DNA of 64,000 nucleotides from Tubiluchus corallicola. Lineage: Eukaryota; Animalia; Priapulida. Location of the stretch: the NCBI GenBank assembly GCA_030141605.1, contig JAQGDQ010000243.1:124001-188000 (forward strand), given 5' to 3'. Under the pieces are notes generated by a model, which was given only the letters and a program-made list of their open reading frames with translations, was not told the DNA's origin and searched no databases. Within the stretch, counting starts at the first letter, position 1, and each line of letters starts with the position of its first letter. A program made the translations under genes and the position numbers. Positions 10,426 through 24,447 of the stretch are shown one piece after another.

Positions 10426-11122
10426 TTCCCTTATCATTAACATCTAACAAGTTTATTACACATCCTTGATTAAGCTGCACTCAATTCAGCACAACAGTTC
10501 AACACACTGCAAACTAATCAGCACTTAATGCAAGGCATACTGGTATTGTTCGTTATGGTACTGTGCCTGGCTCCTACTTTATTGTCAACGAAAAAACTCA
10601 TTGAAAAGAATATGTTATTTATTTCACACAACAATTTTAAGTGACAGATATATGTACATATGTCCTTTTCATGAAAGAAAAACCACCGAGCAATATAGCA
10701 AATAAATTTTCCCAAAGATTCCCTATTACATAAGCTGTCTAGACAAAAGATCCAAACAGCGACATTGAAAATTTCATGCATTTTTCCAAAATTCCTACTG
10801 TACTAATGTATTAATTGTCTATATAATAACGTACGCCAATACGTTATCATTTCTACGTCGAAATCTAAATGCTTTCCAAGACTAATGATATCTTGCCCAA
10901 AAGTATGTGGTGATTAATTTGAGAACTTTTAGAATATTGTTTCGTTTAAACATTAATTTTTCAGTAAACATTCCTATGAGTGGATGGGTAGGCAGTTGCA
11001 TTGTTTTTGCAAGGGCTTACAACACTGTTAAGACACCCTGCTTTTCCTGGTAATGGATAAACATTTCCTGACAATGGTCAAAAAACAACACTTTTGCAAT
11101 AATAATACTACTAATAAAAATC

Positions 11123-11160
<38 letters not shown>

Positions 11161-12409
11161 CACCATCATGATCATTAGCAAATTTTCGCTTTTGCATTAT
11201 AAATTGTCAAAAAATAAAATGAAACTGCAGGTAACTGCCGTAAATCGAAAAAAATTTAGATTTGAAAATGTAAACCTGCCATAAAGTTAACCTGCATTCC
11301 TGACCAGTATAAAAATTAATCTCATAACTTGTTTAAATTCAGCACACTTTAAAATCAGACATTTACCTTTTCAAACTACAGAACATCGAGTTTATGACTA
11401 GTGTGAGGTCGGTTCCACCGCAGTAACCATGACTCTAGTGCATTTAGCAACACGTTTAAATTTCCTTCCCTAAAAAGAAAGCATGGATTAGTGACATTAA
11501 AATGGTTCTTTTGACTAACAAATAGAATCAACTTTGCAGAACACCTGACTTTGTTAAAAAATGAAAACGTTAAAAGTTATGAGCACTTATTTTAGACTTA
11601 TCTTAAACTGGTTATAAAACTTAATTTCACAAATCATATAATAATAATAATATGTTGCGTGATCAAGTTGCGTGATCTTTCGTAACAAAATAGTTAGCTT
11701 TCAATAACAGATATAACTTAATCCATGCAAACAAAAAAGAAGAAATTGGTCACTTACGAAAACAACCAATTTCTATCGTCTTTCGCCCATATATAAACAG
11801 TCTGTTGGTGATGAAACTTTACAACTCTCGTCATGTTTTCTATATGCTGTTTTGTTTCTTATTTATGATTATGTGAATTTACATTAGAAGTGGTAATTAT
11901 GTTTATTATAATTGTACTCGCTGTTTTTTATTGTGTATAATGTGTGTAAATTTTTGTTACTAAGTATTAAAATATGTTCGTTATCTTTTATTATTATGTA
12001 TGTATGTAGTGTTGGATTATAATTTGTAACTATGTCTATTGTATATGATCGTTGTCGTTCAATGTGTCTCATGCGTTGGATTCTAAATTATATATATATT
12101 AGTGAATAGGTTTAATACGTTGTAAATGCTTTTAGAAATTTTAAATATATCCCTACAAATAGAGGGAATGCATTCTGTACATAGTTTTTAAAAATAAAGA
12201 ATTATAATAAAAAAAAACATGTCATTAAGAAATTAGCTAGTCCCGTGTCCACTGATTCTATGTACAAAACTTAATAGCATTAAAACTGTAGTACTCCAAG
12301 ATTACATTTTGGTTTACAATTTTTTTAGATAGTGTCCTTAAATTTAGTTGAACCGTTAACACTGTTGCATAATATCAATCAAAAGCATTTTGAACAAGCT
12401 CAAAACAAA

Positions 12410-12600
12410 GTTTAAAAGGCAAGCCAGATCAATGATCTAACTTATGCTACACTGAATAAAAGGAGCAAAGATATAATGAATTAGAGTTATGAATTAATGA
12501 TACTGTTTAAAAGGCAAGCCAGATCAATGATCTAACTTATGCTACACTGAATAAAAGGAACAAAGATATAATGAATTAGAGTTGTGAATTAATGATACTG
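12410..12600. repeat. Tandem duplication of an ~95-bp unit (2 copies)
   Basis: gtttaaaaggcaagccagatcaatgatctaacttatgc... starts at 12410 and again at 12505 with few mismatches. Confidence 0.9.
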
Positions 12601-13019
12601 TAGAAGCCACAAAAATAGCTCTGGCCAAAAAGATCTATACTAGTTTACCAAAAATTTCTTGCACCACAGTGAATAGTAAGTTTTCATTTAAATTTACAAA
12701 TAACTATATTGAGTACATAAATTTCCTAACCCACCTCATTCCGCATAGGATATCTTATTTTTTTCCCTGTTAGAGGAGTAGGCTTTCCAGCCTGTAAGCT
12801 ACGAGTGCACCAAATTTGCAAAAATGTAATAATTAGTGAACAATGTTTGTCATTGAATCGCTGATATCACAAGATGTCCTTAAAAACTGCAGCCTGAGTA
12901 CTTCTTTTAGCACACTCAACAAGTTTTAATCATCGAGCAAATACTAGAACACTACGTAGATCACCATAATGGTAAAAAGTAAATGTATTACTTTTAGAAG
13001 TATTACTTTTTTTACTTTT

Positions 13020-13262
13020 ACTCTTCTTACCATTTCCACTAACACATCCTTCTACCCTTCTCCTGTGTGATCTAACCTTTCTCCCAGTTCTTTTTTTGTT
13101 CACTGATCCATTTTTTTATCAGGTTCACATGACAGTGCTTCTCTAGCCCACTGCAGTACAATTATTATTTCATGATAACGATAGTGTATGAAACATAACA
13201 ATTTAATATAGTAGATGTAATAATTTTGATGTCACTGTGTGCTTTATATTGTACTGAATGTG

Positions 13263-13343
<81 letters not shown>
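13020..13343 (+). mobile_element. Non-LTR retroelement 3' end (family A, copy 1) with (AAT)n tail
   Basis: Near-identical to 17761-18135 and 44651-45028 (ccatttccactaacacatccttctaccc...cccactgcagtacaattatt...). It is 5'-truncated and ends in (AAT)n at about 13263-13343. Confidence 0.75.
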
Positions 13344-13345
<2 letters not shown>

Positions 13346-13554
13346 CTCTGTATTGTAGAAATGGTAAATGTAAGTAAAAAAACACAGTCCTCTAATTTTA
13401 CTTGAAAACAGGCCACTGCCTTTTTGCAATCAGGTTACTCACTTGGGGCACATTTTAGCTTTTGATTCACAAGATGATGATGACATTTCTGATAAACCCT
13501 GTCATTTTTACGTTATTGCTCATTTTTTCTACTTATACACAGATTTAAAATCAC

Positions 13555-14055
13555 GTGTCTTCCGTAGCTACTCTCACAGTTACTTACGGAAGTCAAACCT
13601 GGAAACTCGATAGTAAAATTTCTAAAATAAGTACAGCTTGGAATATTGCAGTAAGAAAACTTTGGAATTTGCCGTTTAGATCACACAGATGCCGTATTCC
13701 TTTTATATGTGACATTGTTCCCCCACTTAAACGGTTACAAAAACGATTTGTTAAATCTTACCATAGTTGCTTATATAGTGAAAATCATATACCCAATTTC
13801 TTTGCACATAATTCTCGATTTCATACATCTTCTATAATGGGTTATAATTTGTTATCTACTTGTAATGAGTACAAAACTTTTTACACAAATGAAAATTTCC
13901 TTTCTAAAGCTTTTTCTTGTACATTAGACGTACGAGGTAATGCTAGCGATGAACAAATACGGACTGTAAATTTCATTAAAGTTATATGGGCTCTAGAACG
14001 TAATTGTTTTGATTTTATGACAGGAATGAGTTGTACACCAGTTCTTAATCAATAA
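13555..14055 (+). mobile_element. Degenerate non-LTR retrotransposon RT C-terminal fragment
   Basis: ORF contains YGSQTWKL...AWNIAVRKLWNLPFRSH, typical of the post-RT region of LINE ORF2. Confidence 0.7.
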
Positions 14056-14372
14056 GCCTAGAAATAATGAAGTTGAACTCAAATCAAAATGTATTTAACT
14101 CCTGTTGTTGGTGATTAATAGCATTATTAACCCAAAGTGTTTTTATCATTTCATACAATTTTGACCTGTATCTCACATAAAATCTAAATGCAATTTTTAG
14201 TTTAACCAAAATTGACCTTCTTTTGTTGCCCGCTAATTAAATTACCTGTATATTCTTTTCTCTGGATTATACAGAAAATGTCATAATTTTAAAAATTACT
14301 AATGTTTCCTAAATTAAACTGATAACATTAATGCCCACCAGTGTCTAAAAAATCGTTTTGTCTATATTCGGT

Positions 14373-14545
14373 AAAGGATAGCAGACTAGGTGACTTTATA
14401 GTCTTTTCGCTATCCTTTCTCTAGTTCTAGATCTATCTATACATTTTAACCATTTTTCAAAACTTATCAGAGATTCTTTTATTAATCATGTTTTATTGTA
14501 ACACTACAAACAGATAAATAAATTGAAATTGAATTGAATTGAACT
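14373..14545 (+). mobile_element. CR1-like LINE 3' UTR stem-loop with (AATTG)n tail
   Basis: Hairpin aaaggatagcagactaggtgac...gtcttttcgctatccttt is related to 22212-22252 and 43064-43105; it is followed by aataaa and a microsatellite tail. Confidence 0.55.
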
Positions 14546-17500
14546 AACATATCTTACTCTCACTTAACTGTATATATTCACATTGCTTACTAATTTTGTT
14601 AATTAATGTTATTTTGCTTGTTGATCTGTTTGTTTATTTGATGTGATGAGTACACACACACATATATATAATAACTATGTTTAATGGGGTAATGACACGC
14701 CCGCTGGCCTTTATAAAAAGCTACAGCATTACCTACTGCACATTTTATTAAAACTAGTTATATGTCTTACAAACGCAGAATTTAACAACACTTAGAATCT
14801 TTGTAGAAATTCACTAATCCATGACATTAGACGTTGATTCAACAATATTTTATATGTCTTTCCAACCATAAAGGCCAAAGAACCCGAGAAGACAAAACGT
14901 GCCGTAAGGCAGTTGATTGAAAGAAGAATGCTTCAATTTCCAGCTTACGAATGTTGAAATGCAGATAGCATACTGTGTACAGGTAGACATAATCCGTTAC
15001 GGTTAGTACTTTGAATACTATACCACTCTGAGTATTAATCAATACTCATCGTCACAGCAACAAAAAGCCCACCTCAAAGTTTGCTAGCAGTTCATTAATA
15101 CTAAACAACACATAAGCAGGCTAATGATAGGATACGCAGAATTACTAATTATACACGGCTAAATGGCACAGCAAATCAAGGTCCGAGGTGAATAATAAAA
15201 AAATTGTGTGTATGTGTCATTTAACTGTTATTTATTGTTGTTGTAACTGTATTTTGTAAATGTATGAAGTTTATGTTTGTAGGGAAGTAATAAATGACAT
15301 CTTTATTTGCAATAATAATATTGAGAATCATAACAAAATCTTAAGGTACATCATCAGTGAAATTTACAATATGCACAGTTGGAGGTGAATGTGTCAGGGC
15401 AAAATGTAAGGTAATGGAGGAAAAATAAAATATCACTTTAAATTTAAAGTTTACATATTTTACATTTTTACAAATTGACTATCAAATTGAAACTGTCTAA
15501 TGTGGCCTGGTGAAAATGAATTCTGCACTAGTGTGTAAGTTGTCATGCCGAAAAGTTGGATATAGAAATCTTGACATCATTAACTGACCATCACAAAGTT
15601 TAGACTGTTTAATGGCCTGGGGAAAATGAATTCTGCATGGCTGTGAAAGTTGTCATATTGATAATTCAAAGCTTGACATTATTAATGCTTTAATTTGGCT
15701 TTGAATGCGGTTAATGATTTAATACCTTTCATTTCGAGTGGCACTGAGTTCCACGGCTAAACGGCATTTCGTGCTATTGAGATATTATCAAAATGATTGT
15801 TTGTTCTGGTTTGTTTCATATTAAATGTTCTGGCGTTTGGACTCAGGCTAATTTGTCATTTTTGAATGGAATACTAAAATTGCCTATATATTTGAAAATG
15901 TTAGGAATGAACGATAAATCAAATCAACGCAAAATCAACAGCTCTGTCAAACGGGTGTTTATATTATTGATAATAAGCAAGATCACAATGGATCCACATA
16001 GAGACAAAATCGATTTTTGACTCGATCAGTGAAGATCACTATCTTTTGAATGTATAAAAATCAAGAACTATTTCTTCACAAGAAGGACACTGTGGATGAT
16101 TCAAGCAGTATAATTCACGGCCTAAATGGCAGTTAAACAGTTTAAGAAACTTTCCTTAATTTAGCTATATTCATACTTAAATTTCTAATATCTGGGCAGG
16201 ATTAACAATATAGCCAATTATAGCCAAATCTAGCCAAACAGTTATATTTACTCACTTAGTAGTACAGTAGTGCCACTGTACAAGCAACTCAAACACGAAG
16301 TGACAAAGGCCTTGCTCACCCAGGAAGTTTAACTAACAAACCTACATGTGAGGCTGCTAAAGAATGTTACGTGTATGACTTTACCCCTCAGCGACCAGCT
16401 GGTATACCCCAGGGTAAGCAACCATCCATCTAGCATTGTGCAGGTGGCGTGATTCCTTTTGAAGAAAGCATTAACCTCAACAACAACAACAACCACCATA
16501 GATCCTTCCTAGCAAATTCGAAAACCCAATAATTCAGGAAAGCTTTTTACTGATGTAATCGAATATGAATTTTTACATGCGCATTGTCACGTAATTTTGC
16601 CTTAAATGCCTTTGTTTGCTAAACACTTAAGACAAAGCAAATTATCATTTTTGTAAAAACTAAACAAATATTTCAAAAGTGAACTAAAACACCAATGATT
16701 GTACTATTAAAATAAAAATGATATGAAAAAAGCTATTTAAACCAGAATTGCACTAGTATCACTATTGTTATTATCAAAAATCAACAACATTAATCCATAA
16801 ACGCAAAGTTTGAAAATGAAAATAAATGAGATAAGAAAACAAAACAACAAAATCTACTGTCGCGTCACTATTGCAAGGTTTTTAAACTTTTAAGGTGCTT
16901 TAAAACTCTGGAACTTTACAACAAAGTCTTTTAATAATTTAAATAGTAGTACGGTAACACATTACACACAATCAACATGTTACACTGCATTTTATGGCAA
17001 ACCGTGTCTACAGACGCATCAAATTTTTTAAATGTTTAACAGAAAAAAATCCAAGTTTTTGGTTTATTTAAACAAGTTTAATCTTTCTCGGTGACTGAAC
17101 TCGCATCCTCTTTCAACACAATTTCTTACCGCCTATCATACCTGTCTTGTCGCGTTTAGCAGCACGTACGTTCAGCCGTAAACAAAAAACCTGCCACGGT
17201 GTGGTGAGAGTTTGACGCCGCATCTCTGTGTTTCAATGCAACTTTCTTGTAGTCGGAAAGAAGAAATTGTTCGGTAATTTGTATACCACCACACCTCTTT
17301 AAATTTGGTACAAAACAATAACAAAAGGCAGCGCTTTAAAACGTGATTTACATTACCTCGGTTCCGTAAAACAAACCAAAAAAATCATTAAAGCCGGTTC
17401 TGTAGAGCCAACATTCTCACAGTTATTTATCCGGGGATCAAGCTACTTAACAGTCAAAGAGATAGAGGCTGACTCTTTTGAAAGTAACACAAGATCAGTT

Positions 17501-17760
17501 GCCAAAGTGACCACTACAGCCAAAAGAAATATACCGATAAGATTATAGGTAACAAAAATCTTAACATTCATAAGCTGTCGGATATGTTTGTACAAAAAGT
17601 GGGCTTCATATCCCGAATTCTTGGCTCTATTTGTGAGAAATATGACCTTTCATGATCTTAATGACATAAACGATGAATTAAAAAACTATTCAGCCAATTC
17701 AAAAATTTAAAAAGAAATACAGAGCTATGATTTTCAACAAGTACAACACTGCTTAATATC

Positions 17761-18135
17761 CTACAACTACTGCAGCAGTCATACCACAATCCTGGTGCAG
17801 ATTATGCAAAACAAGGCATCATTGGTAAATCTTTAGAGCTGATGCCAACATAGCACAATCTATTATCTTTCTTCCTACCATTTCCACCTACACATCCTTC
17901 TACCCTTCCTGTGTGATCTAACCTTTCTCCCAGTTCTTTTTTTGTTCACTCATCCATTCCTTTTTATCTGGTTCACATGACAGTGGGCTGATACAAGCCT
18001 TTGCTTCTCTAGCCCACTGCAGTACAATTATTCTTTTATGATAACGATAGTGTATGAAACATAATAATTTATTACAGTATCAAGTAAAATTTTTGATGTT
18101 GCCATGTATTGAATGTCACTATATTGCACTGATTT
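17761..18135 (+). mobile_element. Non-LTR retroelement 3' end (family A, copy 2)
   Basis: Near-identical to 44651-45028; carries the gtgggc..acaagcc..ctagcccac hairpin. Confidence 0.75.
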
Positions 18136-19331
18136 CAAAAGTTAGCAAAAACTTAAATTGTAGGCTTTCAGCTATTACACTCACTACAAACAGTTTTTAT
18201 CCTTTGTTTTAAAATGCCTCATAGCTTATATTACAGTTAACCATTTTTGAGTATTCAACAGTCATTCACCTCACGTACCTAGCGAATAATAGCAAAACAG
18301 ATGCCAATAACCTGTTTGATATTTTGTTTTGTAAAATGATTCAAACCTATAGCCAAAAGCGTGAAATTAATTCTTGTTTCAGCCAACTAGACAGTTCAGT
18401 TTAGTACAGTGTACAAAATTTTACAGCCACCCTTATTATCTAGTTGCAAAGTTGGCCGTAACGTAGTAACATGACAACCCTGAAAACCAGGTGGCAATGC
18501 AACAAAAATTTTGTGCAACAGCCAATAATAAAAAAACAACGCTAGAGCAAAGTTAGGAGCTAAATAGGTCCAAATTCAAATTTTCAAACCTAAATGAAGA
18601 CAGTAGACGGTAGCCAAAAGTGTATACAATCATATAGCAATTATGTCATTTGTATATTTTTAAATCTGAAATGAGTGTACGAATGACAACATTTTAATGA
18701 AAAGACTTGAAAAACTGAAAAAGATTGAAGAAATAAATGTTTTTTAAGAACTGGTTCAAAAACAGTGGCCACTGGTAATCTGGTGTAAATGAGGAGATAA
18801 ATAAAATGTCTATGTCTATGTCTATGTATATAAAGTGGGCTTATGTCTATGTATATAAGGTGGGCTTACAAATGAGAACTGACATTTTAGTAAACAGTCA
18901 ACAGAATAATATGAGACGCAAAATATGAATTTGAAAGATAACCAGTGAAAGCGCAAAGCAATTAAAGTTTTAAAAAATTGATTTAGTAAAAGCTTCGAAA
19001 ATATATATAAGCTAATCTTTGTATGAACATAATAATCTAAATTAATTAAGCAAACTGCCAAAGCTATCTTTAAATTTTAAAATCAATGCAAAAATTTTTT
19101 ATCTACAATTCAATTTTGTTTGAAAATTAAAATAAAGACTGACTGCATACTACATTATTACCATCCATCTGCCAAACTCTGTTATTAAAAATGTCTGAAA
19201 CAATTTGATAAAGTCATGCAGCAGTAAACAAAAAAGTAAGCAACTGATTCAATGAAGATTTGTACAAAAAACTATAACTTGACATCAGCAAATTGTTTTA
19301 ATATTTGTTGTTTCTTTGATTCGTTAATTGC

Positions 19332-19930
19332 TTAAATGAAAATAGGATGATATTTTGCATCCTAAGCGCATTTTTAAGTACTGCAAAAAAGTATACATTT
19401 TAACACCTATAATAATGCCAACATATGTTTTCGATAATTAACTGACAGATTAAAAACTTAATTTAACTTTTTATATGGCGAGCCCAACTAGTGATGACAT
19501 CACAACTGAACATAAATTTCAACAGCACAAACATTCTATGAGCGTGTCGTATGAGTTTGCAAAAGTGAAAATTGAAGTACAGTGCTAATGTACAACATGC
19601 AGTGTGATATACAAAAACTCGGCATATTTTAAGTTAAAATTCAAATTTCGAGTTAACCACTGTGCTCACGCACATTAGCTCTCTGAACTGAGAGGTACAG
19701 CACCTGTTTTTTTTTGCAAAGATGCAGGCGCTGGTGCCCATCTAACTAGTGAATGGTGAAATGCATGTAACAGTGAAGAACTAGCCGCACGAATGCAAAA
19801 TAACTTTTCTGTAGTTATAACTGTTTCACATAAGTAATTCTTCAAAGAAATATAGAATGTTCTCTTTTAATATTTTACAGGGTAGATTGTTTTGAACTAC
19901 AGTTTCAACTTGGGTACGGTTTTCCTTTAA
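19332..19930 (+). mobile_element. TTAA-flanked non-autonomous DNA transposon (Kolobok-like), copy 1
   Basis: TTAA at both ends. Internal gatgacatcac...tttcaacagcacaaacatt...gtgtgatatacaaaa is shared with 20633-21194 and 40288-40875. Confidence 0.65.
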
Positions 19931-20632
19931 ATTACTAATGGGATCCTTATTTAGATTAATCAAACAAGCATGGGGGAAAAGCCAGCGCAACCTGTCATAA
20001 ATTATTAACAGTTTAACAGTGAATCTAATACAACATACATCAACTATGAAACTGTGGCATTACACAGGCACATTTGCCTTGAAAAATTACGTACATTTTC
20101 ACCTAATTACGTTAGGCGCCAGCTTAGCAATCATCCTAACAGTGTCTAAAAATTATTTGTAAATTAATTTTTCTTAATTCGCTCAACCAATGTAATATTT
20201 TAGTCATGCAACTCAACAACAGTGAAGCAAAATCTTTAAAGAATGAATGTAAGCCCAAAATTTGTAGAAGCACAAGACCTAAATCAAAACTCTATAGCAC
20301 ACTAAGAATCTGAAATCAAAAACCAAAACTTTTACGATAAAAACACAATGAACACAGCAAGAAATGGCCAAAATGTATTCCAGATTCTCTGAATCCAATT
20401 CATCAGCTTCAGCTCAAACTGTAGAAAATCACGTTATGTTTGCAGCCTTAAAGGGTAAATCTAAATAAATTAAACTCACAGATAAAAGGACCTACAAAAT
20501 AAGTAGCATTATGAATCAGGTTTAACCAGCATCACAAGTGATGTTGCTTACGCATGAGTAGTTTCACAGTTGGTAAATAACTACGGTGTTGATTGTTTAG
20601 TTATGATGATAGTGGCACCAGCCCTGCAATTC

Positions 20633-21194
20633 TTAAAGAAAAACGCGATGACTTTCACATCTTGCTCTATTCTGAAGTACAGCAAAACGTATGCATATTA
20701 ACACTTATAATAATGCCAAAGTGTAATAGCTTAAAAACTTAACTAACAGCCCCGTCAACCCAGCTATTGATGACATCACAAATGAATATAATTTTCAACA
20801 GCACAAACATTGCACGAGCATGTTGCGCATGTTGGCGAAAACGAAAATTGAAATACAGTACTACTGTACATCATTCAGTGTGATATACAAAAACTGGAGA
20901 ATTTATGTTTAAGAATTTAACTTCCACGTCAACCACCGTGTCATCATACGATTTCACCACAAATGTCAGGAATAAACTGACAGGTACAGCACTTGTTTTT
21001 GTGCAATGAAGTTCCATCTGACTAGCGAATGGCCAAAATTCATATAACTGCGCGCAGACATGACATCAAACTTCTGTGGTAATAATTCTTTCACTTAACT
21101 CACCCTTAAACAATAATTATGTTCTATTTCAATATTTTATACATTAGATTATTTTGTCAGCTTTGGCTTAAAATTGGGTCCTGTTTCTCTTTAA
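20633..21194 (+). mobile_element. TTAA-flanked non-autonomous DNA transposon (Kolobok-like), copy 2
   Basis: ttaaagaaaaac...ctgtttctctttaa; diverged copy of the same family. Confidence 0.6.
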
Positions 21195-21240
21195 AGTATT
21201 GGTGTAAGTGCTCAGATAAGCTGAAAATGCATTAATTTAA

Positions 21241-21643
21241 CCCTTTCAGTCCCAAATTATTTTTTTAATAAGAAAACATTTTTTGGCTTGTTACTTTTGT
21301 TCAGTATGTCCATCTTGTTTACACATAATACATTGGGATTCAATGGAAGCATAAAATGTGCTTCATTTTGCAACTGCTGATAATTTTTTAAAGTATTTAA
21401 GACATTTAGTATGCATGCTATGCTGATCTGTACAAAGTCGTCTCTAAAGTATTGTACCTTGCGCAGTTTTTTATGCTATGTAGATTTTCTAGTTTGCCAT
21501 TTTATCACCATTTTAGTCTATTGTTATTGGCTTAAATCAAAATAACTATTAACAGATCAAATAACTGTCAGTTTTAAAATTTTATTAATTTTAAAGGCAG
21601 AAAATATTTTCATATCCCACGGGATACAACGAGTATGAAAGGG
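21241..21643 (+). mobile_element. piggyBac-like MITE
   Basis: TTAA|CCCTTTCA...TGAAAGGG|TTAC termini; near-identical second copy at 47316-47725. Confidence 0.8.
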
Positions 21644-23964
21644 TTACCACTGAAACACTTTTTGCCAGGAGACTGAGCACCACACTACATCAATTAACGC
21701 GAATCTTGTTTCTGCCAAAAAGTTCGCCAAGTAGGTCAGACCAAATGAGTGGCACGGCCCTATTACTAGGACATACCTATTTTTTGTGCACTTAGTATTT
21801 ACCCCATGTAGGTGCTATAGTGAGTCTGTGAACAATAAGGCACGGTCAATGACCAGTTAAGTACAGTAGGTAAAAATGTGAGGAAAAAAGATTTGCCAAG
21901 ATGGATGTTGCCAAACCGAGGTGCGTTTATAAAAAATAAAAAGGCTGTATGTATGTCTACTCCTGCCATGGTGTAGCAAAAAGGAACTAAATCTGCACAA
22001 ATTGAAATTGCGATTGACATGTTTTAATACAATTTTTTATATAATAGAATTTCTGCAAGCCGGGACACAGCACTCAACAGTAAGGCTTACTAATTTAGAT
22101 GATTGTGGAAGGACCAGAACAGCACACATTACCAAGAATGATCCTCTAGGATAAGGCACTGAACCAACAAAGGCTCTTAGCCATATTCAGATACATATAT
22201 TTGCACCCTTAAGGGTGGCTGACCTGGTGACCATTGGTCTTTTCGCCACACCGGCTCTTTTCTGTTTTATTTTATTTTATTGTTTTTTGTTCACATTTAT
22301 TTTGTAACTATATGAGAGGCAAATAAATTATTTACTTAAGCACTTTCGTCAGTGTCATCTGAATTTCCAAAAGTTATCTTTCCGGAGATTTACATTATTA
22401 TAGGCACAATTTCCTTACCACATAGTTTTAAAAACTGTTTTAATCTGTATGGGTACAAAAACTATAGCAGTAATAATGTACTCCCATGAATCTTTTTACC
22501 CTAATACACCTAGTACAGCCCAATTTGCACATTTAACATGTAACTTTATTCACTTCAACAAATTTTCCTTGAACAAACTAATAAAACTGTACTGGCAGAA
22601 AATGTAAGGCAATAAAAGACCTGTAACAAATGACAATGTATCAGGAAATTAGTGAACATTAAAACTTCACTATAATTATCTTGTTTTTAATAAATTATTT
22701 GTTACTGCATGCATAGATCTCTAATCATCAGATCTTGAATACCACACTGGAAACCTGTTGCTATAATAAGAATGATACTGGCAACAACCACATAATGATA
22801 CTACTGCTAACAGCCTCTTAAGCAATAAATTTAAAGCAAGCCATTAAGCTAGCCTGAATAAACAAAGCTGGTAAGAAAGGTTAATTGTCCTAATGGTTAC
22901 TGGTATTCAACCCGTTGAATGAAGGTAGTGTTTTCTGAGATGCTTGGCCAACTGTGACACAGAGAACAATTGAGATTTAAGATCAAAATTTATACATAAT
23001 TTTCCCTTTAAATAAGGGCTTAAATATGGTTTCAAATTCTTTAAAAAATACACCAAACAAGCCACATGCCATTTGGGACAAAAGACACGTTTCTAGGCAA
23101 TAATGTAAGAAAAGAAAAATCACTTACACAGCAGCAGCCGTCAATCAACAACCATAATTGAAATTCCTCTTAAGCAGGACTGGGAAATCTTTGCGGACTA
23201 ACAGAGGTAGCCCGCGGGGCACTTCTTCTGTCAGAGGGGCAGAAATTTTTATTTAAAATATTTTTTCTCAAATTTCTTTAATAGAACAAAGTTTAGATGT
23301 TTTCCTCTCTGTAGTAGCATAGATGACACGACTGTTGCACATTCTAGTACTCATCAAAAGTTAAAACTTGAATTTTTTCCTGCATCCCTTACATACTTTG
23401 TCGTACTCAAAATACGCAATAACAAATTACACTATTACAGTTAACCTAACAACTGACCTTGCCACCTGGTCACCAACCAGTACATGTACTAATATTTTGA
23501 AAACTCCACAGTTTAATGACTTTATTACACTCAAAAATACTTCCTTCACTAGTTAAGCAACTTCAGACATAAGAAGTGAATAGATGGGTGAGATATTTTG
23601 CAGACAGATTGTTATCAAAATTAAGGGCTCAATTTTCTGCATATTTCTAAGAAATTTTCAGGTACAGTACCTAGCATAAGGTAAAATAACCCTGCAGAGC
23701 ACCACAGTTTGAAATCACTTAACTCCATATGCACTTGTTGTGTATACAAACTACTAATTAATTTATGCTACGATTGAGTATGCAACAATAACTGAAATAA
23801 TGTTTGAACATAGCAACTATACTGCCAATGAAAATTCTAATAAACTGGCATTATTCATCCAACTTTTCAAATTTTGTGGGGTTCTGCAACATTTCACTGA
23901 ATGGGCTCTGTTGCCAGGATGCCAACTTTTTGTCATTTTTTAACGTTTGCAAGATTTTCTGCCT

Positions 23965-24447
23965 GGAAGGGCATCTGCCTGTAAAAGCTGTGCCAAAACC
24001 TTCTATGAATGAGTTCCACAAAGAAGTGGTCAGACCCGCTCTAATCTATGGGCTGGAAGCAGCTTCTCTAAAGAAGACCAAAGAGAAGAAAATGGATGTG
24101 GTGGAGATGAGGATATTGAGATGGATGGTGGGTATAACAAGAAGAGATAAAATTAGAAATAATAACATCAGAGGAACAGTAAAAGTAGTGTAAGCCTCGC
24201 AAGATTGCGATGGTATGGACACCTGAAAAGAAGAGTCGGTGAAGATCATGTGAGAAGGGAGGTCATGGAAATGGAAGTGCTGGGAAATAGAAGAAGAGGA
24301 CGACCCAAGTGGAGATGGATTGAATGTATTAATGGAGATCTTAGAGAGAAGAACATAAATGAAGAGATGGGCAACAACAGGAATGCGTGGGGAAGACTCA
24401 TTCACAATGGCCACCCCGCATAGGGAAAAGCTGGGAAGAAGAAGAAG
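23965..24447 (+). mobile_element. RTE-clade LINE 3' fragment with (GAA)n tail and 14-bp TSD
   Basis: VVRPALIYGLE...MRILRWMVGITRRDKIRN...LRWYGHLKRR...GRPKWRWIE, with a stop and frameshift. TSD aagattttctgcct at 23951-23964 and 24448-24461. Confidence 0.9.

Noticed and set aside
13165-13429. Poly-Leu/Tyr/Ile ORFs
   Set aside because: Translations of the (AAT)n tail.
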